Shown here: positions 50,256-59,816 of the stretch, in pieces
Position numbering within the stretch: position 1 is the first letter of the stretch
Layout of the letters: the number at the start of each line of letters is the position of its first letter
From: Vulcanimicrobiota bacterium
Lineage (GTDB): Bacteria; Vulcanimicrobiota; Xenobia; Xenobiales; Xenobiaceae
DNA length: 64,000 nt
Assembly: GCA_944322965.1 (NCBI GenBank)
Contig: CALUQR010000001.1
Coordinates: 327,815-391,814, forward strand
Reading direction: 5' to 3'
Made by a program: the position numbers and the translations under genes
Notes under the pieces: generated by a model
Told to the model about the DNA's origin: nothing
Seen by the model: only the letters and a program-made list of their open reading frames with translations
Database searches by the model: none

Positions 50256-51566
50256 TTAGTCTACGCCCTTGGGGGGCTTCTTTAGCTTCTCGCTCTCCGT
50301 CAAGCTGACTAAGAAATTGACCGCCTTATCCTTAATAGCTTTGGCTACTTGCTTAACTTTGGAGGGTTTGGGATCGGCCTGCGTCTCGCCCGGGCGCTGG
50401 GCGGAATTGGGATCTTGGAGCTCTTCAGCGCGGCGGCGTTGCTCTTGGATAAATTGGTCCCTACGCACGTAACGGCTGATCTTCTTACCCCAGTTCCAGG
50501 CCTCTCTAATGCCTAAGAGGCCGCCGCTGACCGCCGCCGCTACGGGACCGCCCACGGCGATAACGCCCACTACGGCGCTGCCATAGGCCAGATCTAAAGC
50601 CCCGTTAATAATTTCCGTCTTATTCTTATTCTTAATCCCCTTCACCAGGGCCTTGCCGCCAATAAAGAGGTTGAGGGGAGCGCTAATCTTGCGGAATTGG
50701 GGGACGACCTTCTTTTGAATAAACTTGGCCGCTTTGGAGATGGCGCCGCCCATCTTGAGGCCGGCTACCGCCGCTCCCACCGCTATGCGTCGCACGCCGG
50801 TAGTAGTAGTGCGCATACCGCGGGCGGCCCGCAATTCGTCCTTCTTCTTGATCCCCTTGGCGGTGCGACTGACGCCTCGGATAATATAACCTACTCCGTC
50901 GCCAGCTACGGCCGCCCCGCCTACGGCGCTAGTCAGCTTGTGACTGACCCCCAGCAGATTGCCAATATTCTCACAGAGCTCCGTCTGATTGCCTACGCCC
51001 ACGCCCGAAGTTAAGTTGTCGGCGATATCTAAAGCCTCGCTGACGCTATCTTCCGTGCCGGGGGCTAAGACGAAGGCTAAGGCCCCCATCCCGGCCGCGG
51101 CCGCCGTGCCCGCAATCCCTTTAGCGTGATCTTTAAAGAAGGTAATAGGCGAATACTCCGCCATGCGGTACGTATCGATGAGGCTCTTAACTTTGGCCTT
51201 CACCCCTTTAGGTTTGTCGGTCTTCTCTCCCTCTTCCGCCGACTCCGCCTTCTGATTATGCTCGGGATGGGGGCAAGCGGCTAGACCCGCCTTCTTCTGT
51301 TGGCGCTGGCACTCTTTTAACTCGCGCTGGAGCTTCTGGACTTCTACCTGATCTAGCTCCTCTTGGTGGAGCTTTTCATACATGTAGGCCTGTAAGTCGC
51401 CCTCTTGCAAAATATCGACGCAGCTGCCGTCGTCGCAATTATCGAAGAAGGCAGCTTCATCGCGCTGGGCTAAGGGAACGAACTCCGGCGCGGCGGATTT
51501 AGCCGCGTGAGGCGCGTTCCGAGCCGCAGGGGGCGCCATATGGAGGGAGGGACCTACAGGATTCAT
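50256..51566 (-). CDS. hypothetical Gly/Ala-rich amphipathic protein with glycine-zipper-like segments and Lys-rich termini
   Basis: GxxxG/AxxxA runs are repeated (GTAAAAGMGALAFVLAPG, IAVGAAVAGLKMGGAISKAAKF, VVGVIAVGGPVAAAVSGGLLG). An AT-rich promoter lies at 51570-51640. Confidence 0.45.
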   Translation of the reverse strand: MNPVGPSLHMAPPAARNAPHAAKSAAPEFVPLAQRDEAAFFDNCDDGSCVDILQEGDLQAYMYEKLHQEELDQVEVQKLQRELKECQRQQKKAGLAACPHPEHNQKAESAEEGEKTDKPKGVKAKVKSLIDTYRMAEYSPITFFKDHAKGIAGTAAAAGMGALAFVLAPGTEDSVSEALDIADNLTSGVGVGNQTELCENIGNLLGVSHKLTSAVGGAAVAGDGVGYIIRGVSRTAKGIKKKDELRAARGMRTTTTGVRRIAVGAAVAGLKMGGAISKAAKFIQKKVVPQFRKISAPLNLFIGGKALVKGIKNKNKTEIINGALDLAYGSAVVGVIAVGGPVAAAVSGGLLGIREAWNWGKKISRYVRRDQFIQEQRRRAEELQDPNSAQRPGETQADPKPSKVKQVAKAIKDKAVNFLVSLTESEKLKKPPKGVD

Positions 51567-51643
51567 AATACTCTGCTAATTCTACCCTATTTAGAAAGTA
51601 AAAAAAAAGACAACTTGTTACAAGATAGTCACTTTTTTATTTT

Positions 51644-52819
51644 CTAAAAGGCGGGTCCCCAGGTAGTCTGCAAGACGCGCCTCCAGTTGCGGTGGCAGAT
51701 CTGCTCGATCTCCCCCTGACTGAGGCCTATTTGGGCTAGGGCCTGGGGGACTTTTTGGATCTCTTGCACCCCGGCGATCTGGTCGGGAATGAGGCAGCCG
51801 TCGAAATCGGAACCTAAGGCCACATGTTCAAAGCCCAGGCGCTTCCCTAAATAGATAATGTGGCTCAAGAGGGCCTCCAACTCGCTCAAGGGGCGGTGGG
51901 GGCGCTTCTCTTTAACTAACTTGGCTAGCCCTTTAGGCGAGGCCGCGTAGAGTTCTTGGGGGTAGGGGATGGTAGCGGCGTCTTGGCCTAGAGGGCCTAT
52001 GAGGTCGGGGACGTTGAAGGTGACCCCCACTAAGCCTCCGCTAGCGGCGATCTTCTCGAGTTGCTTTTCATCGAGGCCGCGGGCGCTGGGGGAGAGGGTA
52101 TGGGCGCTAGTATGGCTAGAGACTAAAGGCTTAGGGCTGAGGGCGGCAATATCGTAAAAGCCTTGGGCGTTGAGGTGGGCGCAATCTAAGAGGATCCCCA
52201 ACTCCCCACAGCGGGCTACTAAACGCCTACCGGCCTCCGTCAAGCCCGGGCCCTGGTCGGGAGAGGCGGGATAAGCGAAGGGTACTCCCACCCCAAAGAT
52301 ATTGGGGCGACTCCAGCAGGGGCCTAAAGAGCGCACCCCGGCCCGGTAGAGGGTCTCTAAGGAGTTGAGATCGCCATCTAAAGCTTCACAGCCCTCTAAG
52401 TGGAGGACGACCGTTAAAGCGGGACTGCGCCAAGCTTCTTCCAATTGGCGGCTATTAGTGACGATGCGCATCTTCCCCGCGCTAGCCCGTTCGGCCCGGA
52501 AGACGTAACCTAAGACCTCTAAGGTAGCGCGCAGGGCCAACTCCCCATCTATGGGGGGATCTAAGGGCGGGAATTTAGCTTGGGAGCGGGCGCGCGGTCC
52601 GCTGGGGGCGGGCTCTGTCTCTTCCGCTAAGGGGGGATCGATAAAGATGGCAAAGAGCCCGCCCTTAAAGTCGGCCTCTAAGGCGCGGGGGAGATCGAGG
52701 TGGCTATAGACCTCTTCGCGCTCTAAGAAGGAATAAGGTTTTAAAGGGCGGCGGCGCAAGTGGCGCGGCGGATAGTGGCGAGTAAAAGAGTCGTTATGTC
52801 CATCGAAGATCTTAGGCAT
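51644..52819 (-). CDS. membrane dipeptidase (peptidase M19 family)
   Basis: IFDGHNDSF at the N-terminus, HLEGCEAL and downstream His/Glu metal ligands are collinear with renal-dipeptidase-family enzymes. Confidence 0.7.
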   Translation of the reverse strand: MPKIFDGHNDSFTRHYPPRHLRRRPLKPYSFLEREEVYSHLDLPRALEADFKGGLFAIFIDPPLAEETEPAPSGPRARSQAKFPPLDPPIDGELALRATLEVLGYVFRAERASAGKMRIVTNSRQLEEAWRSPALTVVLHLEGCEALDGDLNSLETLYRAGVRSLGPCWSRPNIFGVGVPFAYPASPDQGPGLTEAGRRLVARCGELGILLDCAHLNAQGFYDIAALSPKPLVSSHTSAHTLSPSARGLDEKQLEKIAASGGLVGVTFNVPDLIGPLGQDAATIPYPQELYAASPKGLAKLVKEKRPHRPLSELEALLSHIIYLGKRLGFEHVALGSDFDGCLIPDQIAGVQEIQKVPQALAQIGLSQGEIEQICHRNWRRVLQTTWGPAF

Positions 52820-52910
52820 AGGACGCCCTTCCTGCGTCGGGGGAGAGAACCTGCTAAGAGGGGAGATGCAGTTTGAGCTCTAGCCTGAGCTTCTGCTATA
52901 ATGGCCCCCT

Positions 52911-53675
52911 ATGTGGAAAAGATTGCCCTATCCCCTGCTCCTAGCCTCCGCCTCGCCCCGGCGGCGGGAATTATTGGAACTAGTGGGTTTACCCTTTAAA
53001 GTCGTCCCCCCTCCGCCCGAGGCGGAGCCCCCTTGCCATTTGGGGGCGGGCTTAGGGGCTTTAGAAGCCCTGGAGGCTTTACAACCCTTAGCCCAAGGGA
53101 CCCGCGAATTGAGCGAGAACGAATTGCGCTTAGGGGTAGGTAAGCCCGTATACGCCCAGGCGGGGCCAGGCTCCAATCTCACTTTGCGCCTCTATGAGCC
53201 CGGCGAGGCCCCCTTCTTAGCGCAGGTCGTTCAGGCCGTCCAAGATTCGGCCCAGGCCAAAGCGCAGGGGGTAGTCTCCCTCTGGAAGGGGGAAGAGGTC
53301 TTAGTCTTAGGGGCCGATACGGTGGTCGTCTGTGGGCGGACCGTCTTAGGGAAACCCCACTCGGCGGAGGAGGCGCGGCGCATGTTGCGGGCCCTCTCGG
53401 GGCGCTGGCACCACGTAGCTACCGGAGCGGCTCTCTACGCTACCGCTACGGGCCAGTGGCGGCGGGCCTGCGCCTTGACGGCGGTCAAATTCCGCTTTTT
53501 GGCGGAGGAGGAAATAGAGGCTTACGTGCAAACTGGCCACCCGTTAGATAAGGCCGGAGCCTACGGGATCCAAGAGTTGGGCTCTCTCTTAGTGGAGAAG
53601 ATAGACGGCTGCTATTTTAACGTCGTGGGCTTACCTTTGACGGTAGTTCGCTCCTTAGTGCAGAGTGTAGAGTAG
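52911..53675 (+). CDS. maf: Maf-family nucleoside triphosphate pyrophosphatase (with approx 60-aa insertion)
   Basis: LLLASASPRRRELLELVGLPFKVV and GADTVVVCGRTVLGKPHSAEEARRMLRALSGRWHHVATGAAL match Maf. Confidence 0.8.
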   Translation: MWKRLPYPLLLASASPRRRELLELVGLPFKVVPPPPEAEPPCHLGAGLGALEALEALQPLAQGTRELSENELRLGVGKPVYAQAGPGSNLTLRLYEPGEAPFLAQVVQAVQDSAQAKAQGVVSLWKGEEVLVLGADTVVVCGRTVLGKPHSAEEARRMLRALSGRWHHVATGAALYATATGQWRRACALTAVKFRFLAEEEIEAYVQTGHPLDKAGAYGIQELGSLLVEKIDGCYFNVVGLPLTVVRSLVQSVE

Positions 53676-54730
53676 TGGATTTTTTTGAGCGCCTAGTAGC
53701 TAAATTTTCGCCCGACTTAGGGGTCGATTTGGGCAGCGATTGGCTGGGTTTAGTAGAGTGCGGCCAAGCCCAATGGCGGGAAGCGGCGCGAGTAGTCTAC
53801 TACCTGCCCCAGGACCAATTGAGCGCCTGGGGAGCTAAGGCCCGCCTCCTCGAGGGGCGCTTATTGCCTACCTCCAAGTTGGTCTCCCCCTTTAGGCGGG
53901 GGCGCATCTTAGATTACCGCGGGGCCTTAGAGTTGGGGCGCCAGCTCTTGCGCCGTTGCCACAATGTGGGTTTAGGCGGCCCGCGCCTCACCTTGGCCTT
54001 ACCGGTCAACGCCTCCGGCTTAGAGCGCCAGTTAGCTTGCGACTGGGGGCGGGCCTTGGGCGCCCGCGCCTGGAGTATCGTCCCTACCCCCTTAGCGGCG
54101 GCTCTGGGAGCGGGCTTAGAGTTGCTCTCCTCTACGGAGGCCCACCTCCTAGTCGATATTGGAGCCCAGTCCCTGCAGGTCGCCCTCCTCAGTTGGGGAG
54201 GGGTAGTAGCGGCCGACTCTCTGCCCCAGGGGAGCGACGCTTTAGATCGGGCCCTCATCGAGTACTGTCGGGCGGAGCGGGGCTTAGTAGTGGGGCGGGC
54301 TAGCGCCGAACATCTCAAAATCGAGGGGGGCTGCGCCTGGACGCTCAAGAGGCGCGAAGAGTTTTCCATTAAAGGGCGGGACTTAGCGAGCGGCCTGCCC
54401 CGCCGCCAAAAATTGAGCGCTAAGGAGCTCTTACAGATTTATAAGCCCCACTTAGAGCGCTGGAGCCGTTTTATCCAATCCTTCTTGCAGGCCGCGCCGC
54501 CCCAGCTGGCGAGCGACATTATGGCTGGGGGCCTTACCCTCTGCGGGGGCGGCAGTCTGCTCCAGGGTTTAGAGCAATATTTAGCTAGCTCCTTAGGGCT
54601 CATCTGCCAGCGCGCCTCCGAGCCGGAGAGTTGTACCTTGCGCGGTTTAGATCGCTTAGGTAGAGATCCGCGCCTGCGTCAGGCGCTGGCCCTCAACCAA
54701 AATTTCGTCTGGTCGCCGAGCGGCCGCTAG
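53675..54730 (+). CDS. mreB: divergent MreB-like actin homologue with degenerate ATP phosphate-binding motifs
   Basis: The sequence is collinear with MreB (PLAAALGAGL, LVDIGAQSL, GSDALDRALIEYCR, ASDIMAGGLTLCGGGSLLQGLEQYL). However phosphate-1 DLGTANT reads DLGSDWL and phosphate-2 DIGGGTT reads DIGAQSL. It sits upstream of mreC. Confidence 0.6.
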   Translation: MDFFERLVAKFSPDLGVDLGSDWLGLVECGQAQWREAARVVYYLPQDQLSAWGAKARLLEGRLLPTSKLVSPFRRGRILDYRGALELGRQLLRRCHNVGLGGPRLTLALPVNASGLERQLACDWGRALGARAWSIVPTPLAAALGAGLELLSSTEAHLLVDIGAQSLQVALLSWGGVVAADSLPQGSDALDRALIEYCRAERGLVVGRASAEHLKIEGGCAWTLKRREEFSIKGRDLASGLPRRQKLSAKELLQIYKPHLERWSRFIQSFLQAAPPQLASDIMAGGLTLCGGGSLLQGLEQYLASSLGLICQRASEPESCTLRGLDRLGRDPRLRQALALNQNFVWSPSGR

Positions 54731-54744
54731 CGGGCGAGAAGTCT

Positions 54745-56079
54745 ATGGCGCGCGGCTGGTGGTCGGGATTGGGAGGGATCGCCTTAGGGGCCCTCCTTTT
54801 GGGCTGCCTCTTGGGGGGAGTGGGTTGGCAATTGGGCCTTTTAGAGTTGGCCCCCTGGCAAGGGATCGTAGCTAGAGGCGCCCAGAGCTTACAAGATTGG
54901 GGGGAGGGGATCTTAAAGTATCGGGAGTTGGCGCAACGCGAGCGCCAGCTGCGGGAGGAGAACGCCCGCCTGCGCTTAGAGCGAGACTACTGGAAGGGAC
55001 AAGAGGCTCAAGTCTTGCGCCTGCGCTCCCTTTTAAAGCTTAAGACGGAACTGCCCGGCCAGCCTAAGATCTGCGCCCGGGTCATAGCTCGCGACCCTCA
55101 GCGCTGGTACGGGCGCTTGAGCCTCGATCGGGGCTACTTAGACGGGGTGCGCCCGGAGATGGTGGCCGTAGGTCCCGAAGGTTTAGTGGGCTTAGTGAGA
55201 GAGGTGGGGGCCAGAGCCTCTAAGGTGGAGCTTTTGTGGGGCGGAGACTTGCAAGTCCCAGTTAAGATCTTGCCCAGCCAAGCTTGCGGAGTCCTCTACG
55301 TAGAGCGCAGGCGCCAAGGTTTAATTAAGTATATAAGTTATGAGATCCCCGTGGAGGCGGGAGAGTTAGTCGTAACCTCCGGATTGGGCAATATCTACCC
55401 CGCCGGTCTGCCCGTGGGGCGCGTCGAGGGGAGTCGGGCGGGCCAAGACTCCATGTCTCAAGAGGTTACGGTCAACTTGAGCTCCCAGTTTACTACTCTC
55501 CAAGAGCTCTTGCTCTTACCTAAAGGGCCCGCTACAGCCGATCCCGCCCTCTTTAAGGAGGCTATTGAGCGCGCGAAAGAGGCCAGTAAGCGGGCTAAGG
55601 CCCTGTGGCCTAAGAAGGCGGCCGGAGAGTCCCAACCTAAAGCGGCTCCACTTAAGGCTAAACCCGCGCCTAAAGCGGCTCCCGCCCCCGCTACGCCGCC
55701 CCCTAAAGCTCCCGCCCTTCCCGAGGCGGCTAGTCCTAAAGTAGAGAGCGCGCCGCCTGCGCCCGCCCCTAGCCCTACCTCTAGCCCCGCCTTGGAACTC
55801 CCGAGCTTAGAGGAGAAAGCTCCAGAGGTCACAGAGAGCGAGCCCTCTAGCCCGGCCCTGGAGTTGGAACGTAAGGAAGAGGGGGAGGAGGCTACGGATA
55901 GTCCGGCGGCGGGTTGGTGGAGCGTAGAGCCTGCGCCCCCGTCCCTAGAGGAGAGCGCTCCTCTACCTGAGAGCGTAGAGCTCTTACCCTTAGAGGAAGA
56001 GTCTCCCGCCGCCCCCTCTCCCGAGGCGGAAGGGGCCAAGAAGGAGGAGTGGCCGCTCGAAGTGGAGGGTGGCTGGTGA
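54745..56079 (+). CDS. mreC: rod shape-determining protein MreC with approx 170-aa Pro/Ala/Glu-rich C-terminal tail
   Basis: There is an N-terminal TM segment, a coiled coil, and MreC beta domains (VIARDPQRWYGRLSLDRG...VVTSGLGNIYPAGLPVGRV). The tail is low complexity. Confidence 0.8.
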   Translation: MARGWWSGLGGIALGALLLGCLLGGVGWQLGLLELAPWQGIVARGAQSLQDWGEGILKYRELAQRERQLREENARLRLERDYWKGQEAQVLRLRSLLKLKTELPGQPKICARVIARDPQRWYGRLSLDRGYLDGVRPEMVAVGPEGLVGLVREVGARASKVELLWGGDLQVPVKILPSQACGVLYVERRRQGLIKYISYEIPVEAGELVVTSGLGNIYPAGLPVGRVEGSRAGQDSMSQEVTVNLSSQFTTLQELLLLPKGPATADPALFKEAIERAKEASKRAKALWPKKAAGESQPKAAPLKAKPAPKAAPAPATPPPKAPALPEAASPKVESAPPAPAPSPTSSPALELPSLEEKAPEVTESEPSSPALELERKEEGEEATDSPAAGWWSVEPAPPSLEESAPLPESVELLPLEEESPAAPSPEAEGAKKEEWPLEVEGGW

Positions 56080-56585
56080 CTGCGGGGCCGGGCCGGGTAG
56101 CGCTCATAATCTTACCGCTCTTAGTCCTCTTTTTGGCGGGGCAAGCCGCTTGGCCTTGGAGTTGGCCGCGCCCGGAGTGGGGCTTAATCGTAGTTACGGT
56201 CATGGCCTTGCGCTATGGGGGGCGGGCGGGAGCTTGGTTCGGTTTAGCCTGCGGGGCTTTGGTAGGCCTCTTCAGTATCGGCAATCCCGGCCTCTTGGCG
56301 GCCCTCTACGCCCTCTGGGGCTTAAGTTTAGGGGGCCTTTTGAGCCCTTATGCCGATCGCCCGCTGCTCTATCCGCTCAGCCTGCTCTCAGCTACGGTCT
56401 CCATGGGGGTAGCTCTCTGGCTGGGGCGCAGTCTGGGGCTCGACTTGCCCGGCATTTACGCGGTGCGCCACTGGGTAGTCTCCGCCTCCCTGGCTAATCT
56501 GGTCGCCCTCTATCCCTTCTTGTGGTTCGTCCAACATCTGTGGGGTTACTACGTCTTAAAGCCCCTCAAAGTGGAGGGCGAGTAG
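56049..56585 (+). CDS. mreD: rod shape-determining protein MreD (polytopic membrane protein)
   Basis: About 5 TM helices. The position between mreC and PBP2 fits MreD. The start overlaps the mreC end and the exact start is uncertain. Confidence 0.5.
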   Translation: MAARSGGWLVTAGPGRVALIILPLLVLFLAGQAAWPWSWPRPEWGLIVVTVMALRYGGRAGAWFGLACGALVGLFSIGNPGLLAALYALWGLSLGGLLSPYADRPLLYPLSLLSATVSMGVALWLGRSLGLDLPGIYAVRHWVVSASLANLVALYPFLWFVQHLWGYYVLKPLKVEGE

Positions 56586-56587
56586 AG

Positions 56588-58420
56588 ATGGAGCGCCGGG
56601 CTTTTAAAATCTTGATGGCGGTTCTCTTAGTAGGGGCCCTCTGCTTAGTAGCCCGCTTAGCTACGATGCAGCTCCTCCAGGGCGAGGAGTATCGTCAGCG
56701 GGCCCAGCGCAATATGTTGCAGAGCCGCCCCCTCTTACCCCCTAGGGGTAAGATCCTCGATCGCCAGGGGCGGACCTTAGCCCACAACGAGCCTATCTTT
56801 ATTATCCACTTTCTGCCTTACCGCTACGCCCGCCCCCAGGTCGTCTTAGAGCGCTTAGCCGACATCTTACATCTCAATCCGCAGCGCCGCCGCCAGTTGC
56901 GGGAGCGTTTAGAAGAGTCGCCCCAAGAGGACATCGTCTTGACGGAGAGCATGAGCCAGATCGCTTTGGCCCGCTTTGCGGAGATAGACGACGCCAGCGA
57001 AGGGCTGCGCTTAGAGGTTAAGGCCCGGCGCGTCTACCCGGGCGGGAGCTTAGCCTCCCACGTTTTGGGCTATGTAGGCGAAATCGATCGCGAGGAACTG
57101 GCTAAACCCCAGTACAGTCGCTATCTGCCCGGTGAGTGGGTAGGTCAGGACGGGGTGGAAAAGTCTCACGAGAACTTATTGCACGGTAAGCAGGGGATCG
57201 TGGAGGAGGCTTTAGATCTTAGCGGCCTCACCCTCTCCCAGCGCCAGATCTTGGCCGCCCAGCCCGGGGCCGACCTCTATCTCAGTTTAGATTTAGAATT
57301 ACAAAAGGCGGCTGAGGCCAGTTTGGGGGTCACTCTTCAGCGTTTAGCCCGCAAGAATGGGGAGCGCTCCGGCGGGGCTATCGTAGCCTTAGAGCCGACG
57401 ACGGGGCGGGTGCGAGCCTTAGTCAGCCTACCCAACTACAATCCCAACCACTTTGCGGCGGGCATTACTCAGCGCCAGTTTGATAGCTTATTGCGCGACC
57501 CTTGCGTACCGCTCCTCAACCGAGCCGTACACGGGGCCTACCCGCCGGGCTCTACCTTTAAGTTGGTGACTACTAGCGCCGCCCTCAACGAGGGGCTCAT
57601 TAATAGCCATTCGACCTTCTATTGCTCGGGCCAGTACATGGTGGCCGGGTTGCCCTTCAATTGCTTTGTGCGCTTTGGCCACGGGCGTTTAAATCTTATC
57701 GAGGTCTTAGGCCACTCTTGCGACGTAGTCTACTACCAGTTGGGGACTAAGTTAGGGATCGGGCGCTTAGAGCGTTACTCCCACCTCTTTGGCTTAGGGG
57801 AGAAGAGCGGTATCGATCTGCCCGGGGAGACGGCGGGCAATATTCCCAATCCCCAGTGGAAGGAGAAGAATTTCCGCGAGTCGTGGTATCCGGGCGACGC
57901 CGCCAATTCGGCTATCGGCCAGGGCTTTGTAGCTACCTCTCCTTTACAGGTGGCTTTAATGACGGGGGCGGTAGTGACCGACGGTTACCTCTATCGGCCC
58001 CAATTACTGGAAGCTTATACCCGGCGCTCAGGAGGAAGAAGGGAGCGGGTTAATAATCCGCCCCAGCTCATCCGCAAGTTGCCCTGGCCCAGCTCTTATT
58101 TCCGCATCGTGCGGGAGGGGATGCGCTTGGCGGTAGCGGAGGGTACGGCCGCCGCTAGCGGCGGCGCCGATCTGGGGATGGCTGGCAAGACGGGGACCGC
58201 CGAGAATGCGCCGACCGTAGATAATCCGCGCGGTCTCAACCACTGTTGGTTTACGGGTTACGCCCCCTATGGAGCGAGCGCCAAGTGGCAGGGTCCGCCT
58301 TTAGTAGTGACCGTCTTCTTAGAAAAGTCGGGCGGCTACGGCGGGGAATTGGCCGCTCCCATCGCGGCCCAAGTCCTAAAAAAATGGCGCTCTCTGCAGG
58401 CTTCGCGCTTAAAAAAATAG
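56588..58420 (+). CDS. mrdA: penicillin-binding protein 2 (elongasome transpeptidase)
   Basis: The N-terminal anchor is followed by STFK, SGQ/SCD and KTGTA transpeptidase motifs. The ATG at 56588 directly follows mreD. Confidence 0.85.
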   Translation: MERRAFKILMAVLLVGALCLVARLATMQLLQGEEYRQRAQRNMLQSRPLLPPRGKILDRQGRTLAHNEPIFIIHFLPYRYARPQVVLERLADILHLNPQRRRQLRERLEESPQEDIVLTESMSQIALARFAEIDDASEGLRLEVKARRVYPGGSLASHVLGYVGEIDREELAKPQYSRYLPGEWVGQDGVEKSHENLLHGKQGIVEEALDLSGLTLSQRQILAAQPGADLYLSLDLELQKAAEASLGVTLQRLARKNGERSGGAIVALEPTTGRVRALVSLPNYNPNHFAAGITQRQFDSLLRDPCVPLLNRAVHGAYPPGSTFKLVTTSAALNEGLINSHSTFYCSGQYMVAGLPFNCFVRFGHGRLNLIEVLGHSCDVVYYQLGTKLGIGRLERYSHLFGLGEKSGIDLPGETAGNIPNPQWKEKNFRESWYPGDAANSAIGQGFVATSPLQVALMTGAVVTDGYLYRPQLLEAYTRRSGGRRERVNNPPQLIRKLPWPSSYFRIVREGMRLAVAEGTAAASGGADLGMAGKTGTAENAPTVDNPRGLNHCWFTGYAPYGASAKWQGPPLVVTVFLEKSGGYGGELAAPIAAQVLKKWRSLQASRLKK

Positions 58421-58531
58421 TCCATATATTAGAGGAAAAAAGCTCTCTTCTAGAAAAAACGCCCTATATTTTTGTGACCGTACCGTGTATCGTTCGGCTG
58501 TTTATATCATTTCTGACAAGAGGTTTTCGCA

Positions 58532-59764
58532 GTGGATTCTAAAGATAAGGCCAAAAAGGCTACTGGTAGTTCGCGCTTGGAGTTTGAAGCCAATACCGAT
58601 CCTCTCATCGCTTCTGCTTCCTATCCTCAAGCTGAGGGAGTCGCTCGCCAGAGTGGCGGTTTTGTCGAGGATCTGACCCAGTTCAACGAGCCTGCGGGTA
58701 TTAAGGTTATAGGTGTAGGCGGCGGCGGTTGCAACGCGGTAGATAGCATGGTCGAAGACGGTCTGCAAGGGGTCCAGTTTATCGCTATCAATACCGACGA
58801 ACAGGCGCTCAATAGGTGTAGCGCCGACGTGCGCGTCCCCATCGGGAAGGAGACGACGCGCGGTTTAGGTTCCGGTTCGAATCCGGAAGTCGGACGCCAG
58901 GCGGTAGAAGAGAGCAAAGAGGATATCCTGCGCTGGATCGAGGGGGCGGATATGATCTTCATTACGGCCGGTATGGGCGGCGGTACGGGTACGGGGGCGG
59001 CGCCCGTAGTGGCCAATTTGGCCAAACAGTCGGGGGCTCTCACGGTAGCCATCGTCACTAAGCCCTTCTCCTTTGAGGGGCGTTACCGCATGATGGTAGC
59101 CGAGAAGGGGATCGAAGCTCTGCGCCGCGAGGTCGACGCCATTATCGTAGTGCCCAACGATCGCATCTTCGAAGTTATAGAGAACGAGAGCCGGGCCGAC
59201 GCCTTCAACCTCTCCAATGACGTCTTGCGCAGCGGCGTGCAGGGGATCTCCGAAATTATTACCGCTTGCGGCGAACAGAATGTAGACTTTGCCGACGTGC
59301 GCACGATTATGGCCAATAAGGGTTCGGCCCTCTTGGGTATCGGCGTGGCCGGCGGCGAGCATCGCGCTGAAGAGGCGGCCCGCCAGGCTATTAGCAGTCC
59401 CCTCTGGGAGGGCAATATCCATGGCGCTACGGGCGTGCTCTTTAACGTGGTGGCGGCTAGTAACTTTACTATGCACGAGCTCCAGGAGGCGGCCAATATT
59501 ATCTACGAGGCCGTCGATCCCGACGCTATCATTATCTTCGGTTCCGTGACCGACGAGGGTATGGAACAGGATGTGCGCATTACCGTAGTGGCTACCGGCT
59601 TCCCGGAGCATACGGAGACGGAGCCCGAGGTCGAAGACGGCTTTAGCTTTGGCAACTCCCAAGAGGAGGTGGCCTTCGCCCCCCAACCGGCCGTCTTGCG
59701 CAATTCGGAAGAGTTCTACGAGCCGGCTATTAGGCGGCGCAATCGCTCTACGGGCGTAAATTAG
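58532..59764 (+). CDS. ftsZ: cell division GTPase FtsZ
   Basis: GVGGGGCNAV, GGGTGTG (tubulin signature), NTDEQAL and the T7 loop are present. The start is GTG with AAGAGG 7 nt upstream. There is an approx 50-aa N-terminal extension and a C-terminal linker. Confidence 0.9.
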   Translation: MDSKDKAKKATGSSRLEFEANTDPLIASASYPQAEGVARQSGGFVEDLTQFNEPAGIKVIGVGGGGCNAVDSMVEDGLQGVQFIAINTDEQALNRCSADVRVPIGKETTRGLGSGSNPEVGRQAVEESKEDILRWIEGADMIFITAGMGGGTGTGAAPVVANLAKQSGALTVAIVTKPFSFEGRYRMMVAEKGIEALRREVDAIIVVPNDRIFEVIENESRADAFNLSNDVLRSGVQGISEIITACGEQNVDFADVRTIMANKGSALLGIGVAGGEHRAEEAARQAISSPLWEGNIHGATGVLFNVVAASNFTMHELQEAANIIYEAVDPDAIIIFGSVTDEGMEQDVRITVVATGFPEHTETEPEVEDGFSFGNSQEEVAFAPQPAVLRNSEEFYEPAIRRRNRSTGVN

Positions 59765-59816
59765 CAACTTGAACGGAGGGCGGGGGAGAGCGTTTATCAG
59801 GTAGAAAGGGGCATTT

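Noticed and set aside
53914-56039. Antisense or alternative-frame ORFs over mreB-like and the mreC tail (151, 115, 193, 142 aa)
   Set aside because: They are embedded in conserved sense genes and have Arg/Pro/Gly-rich compositions typical of GC-frame artefacts.
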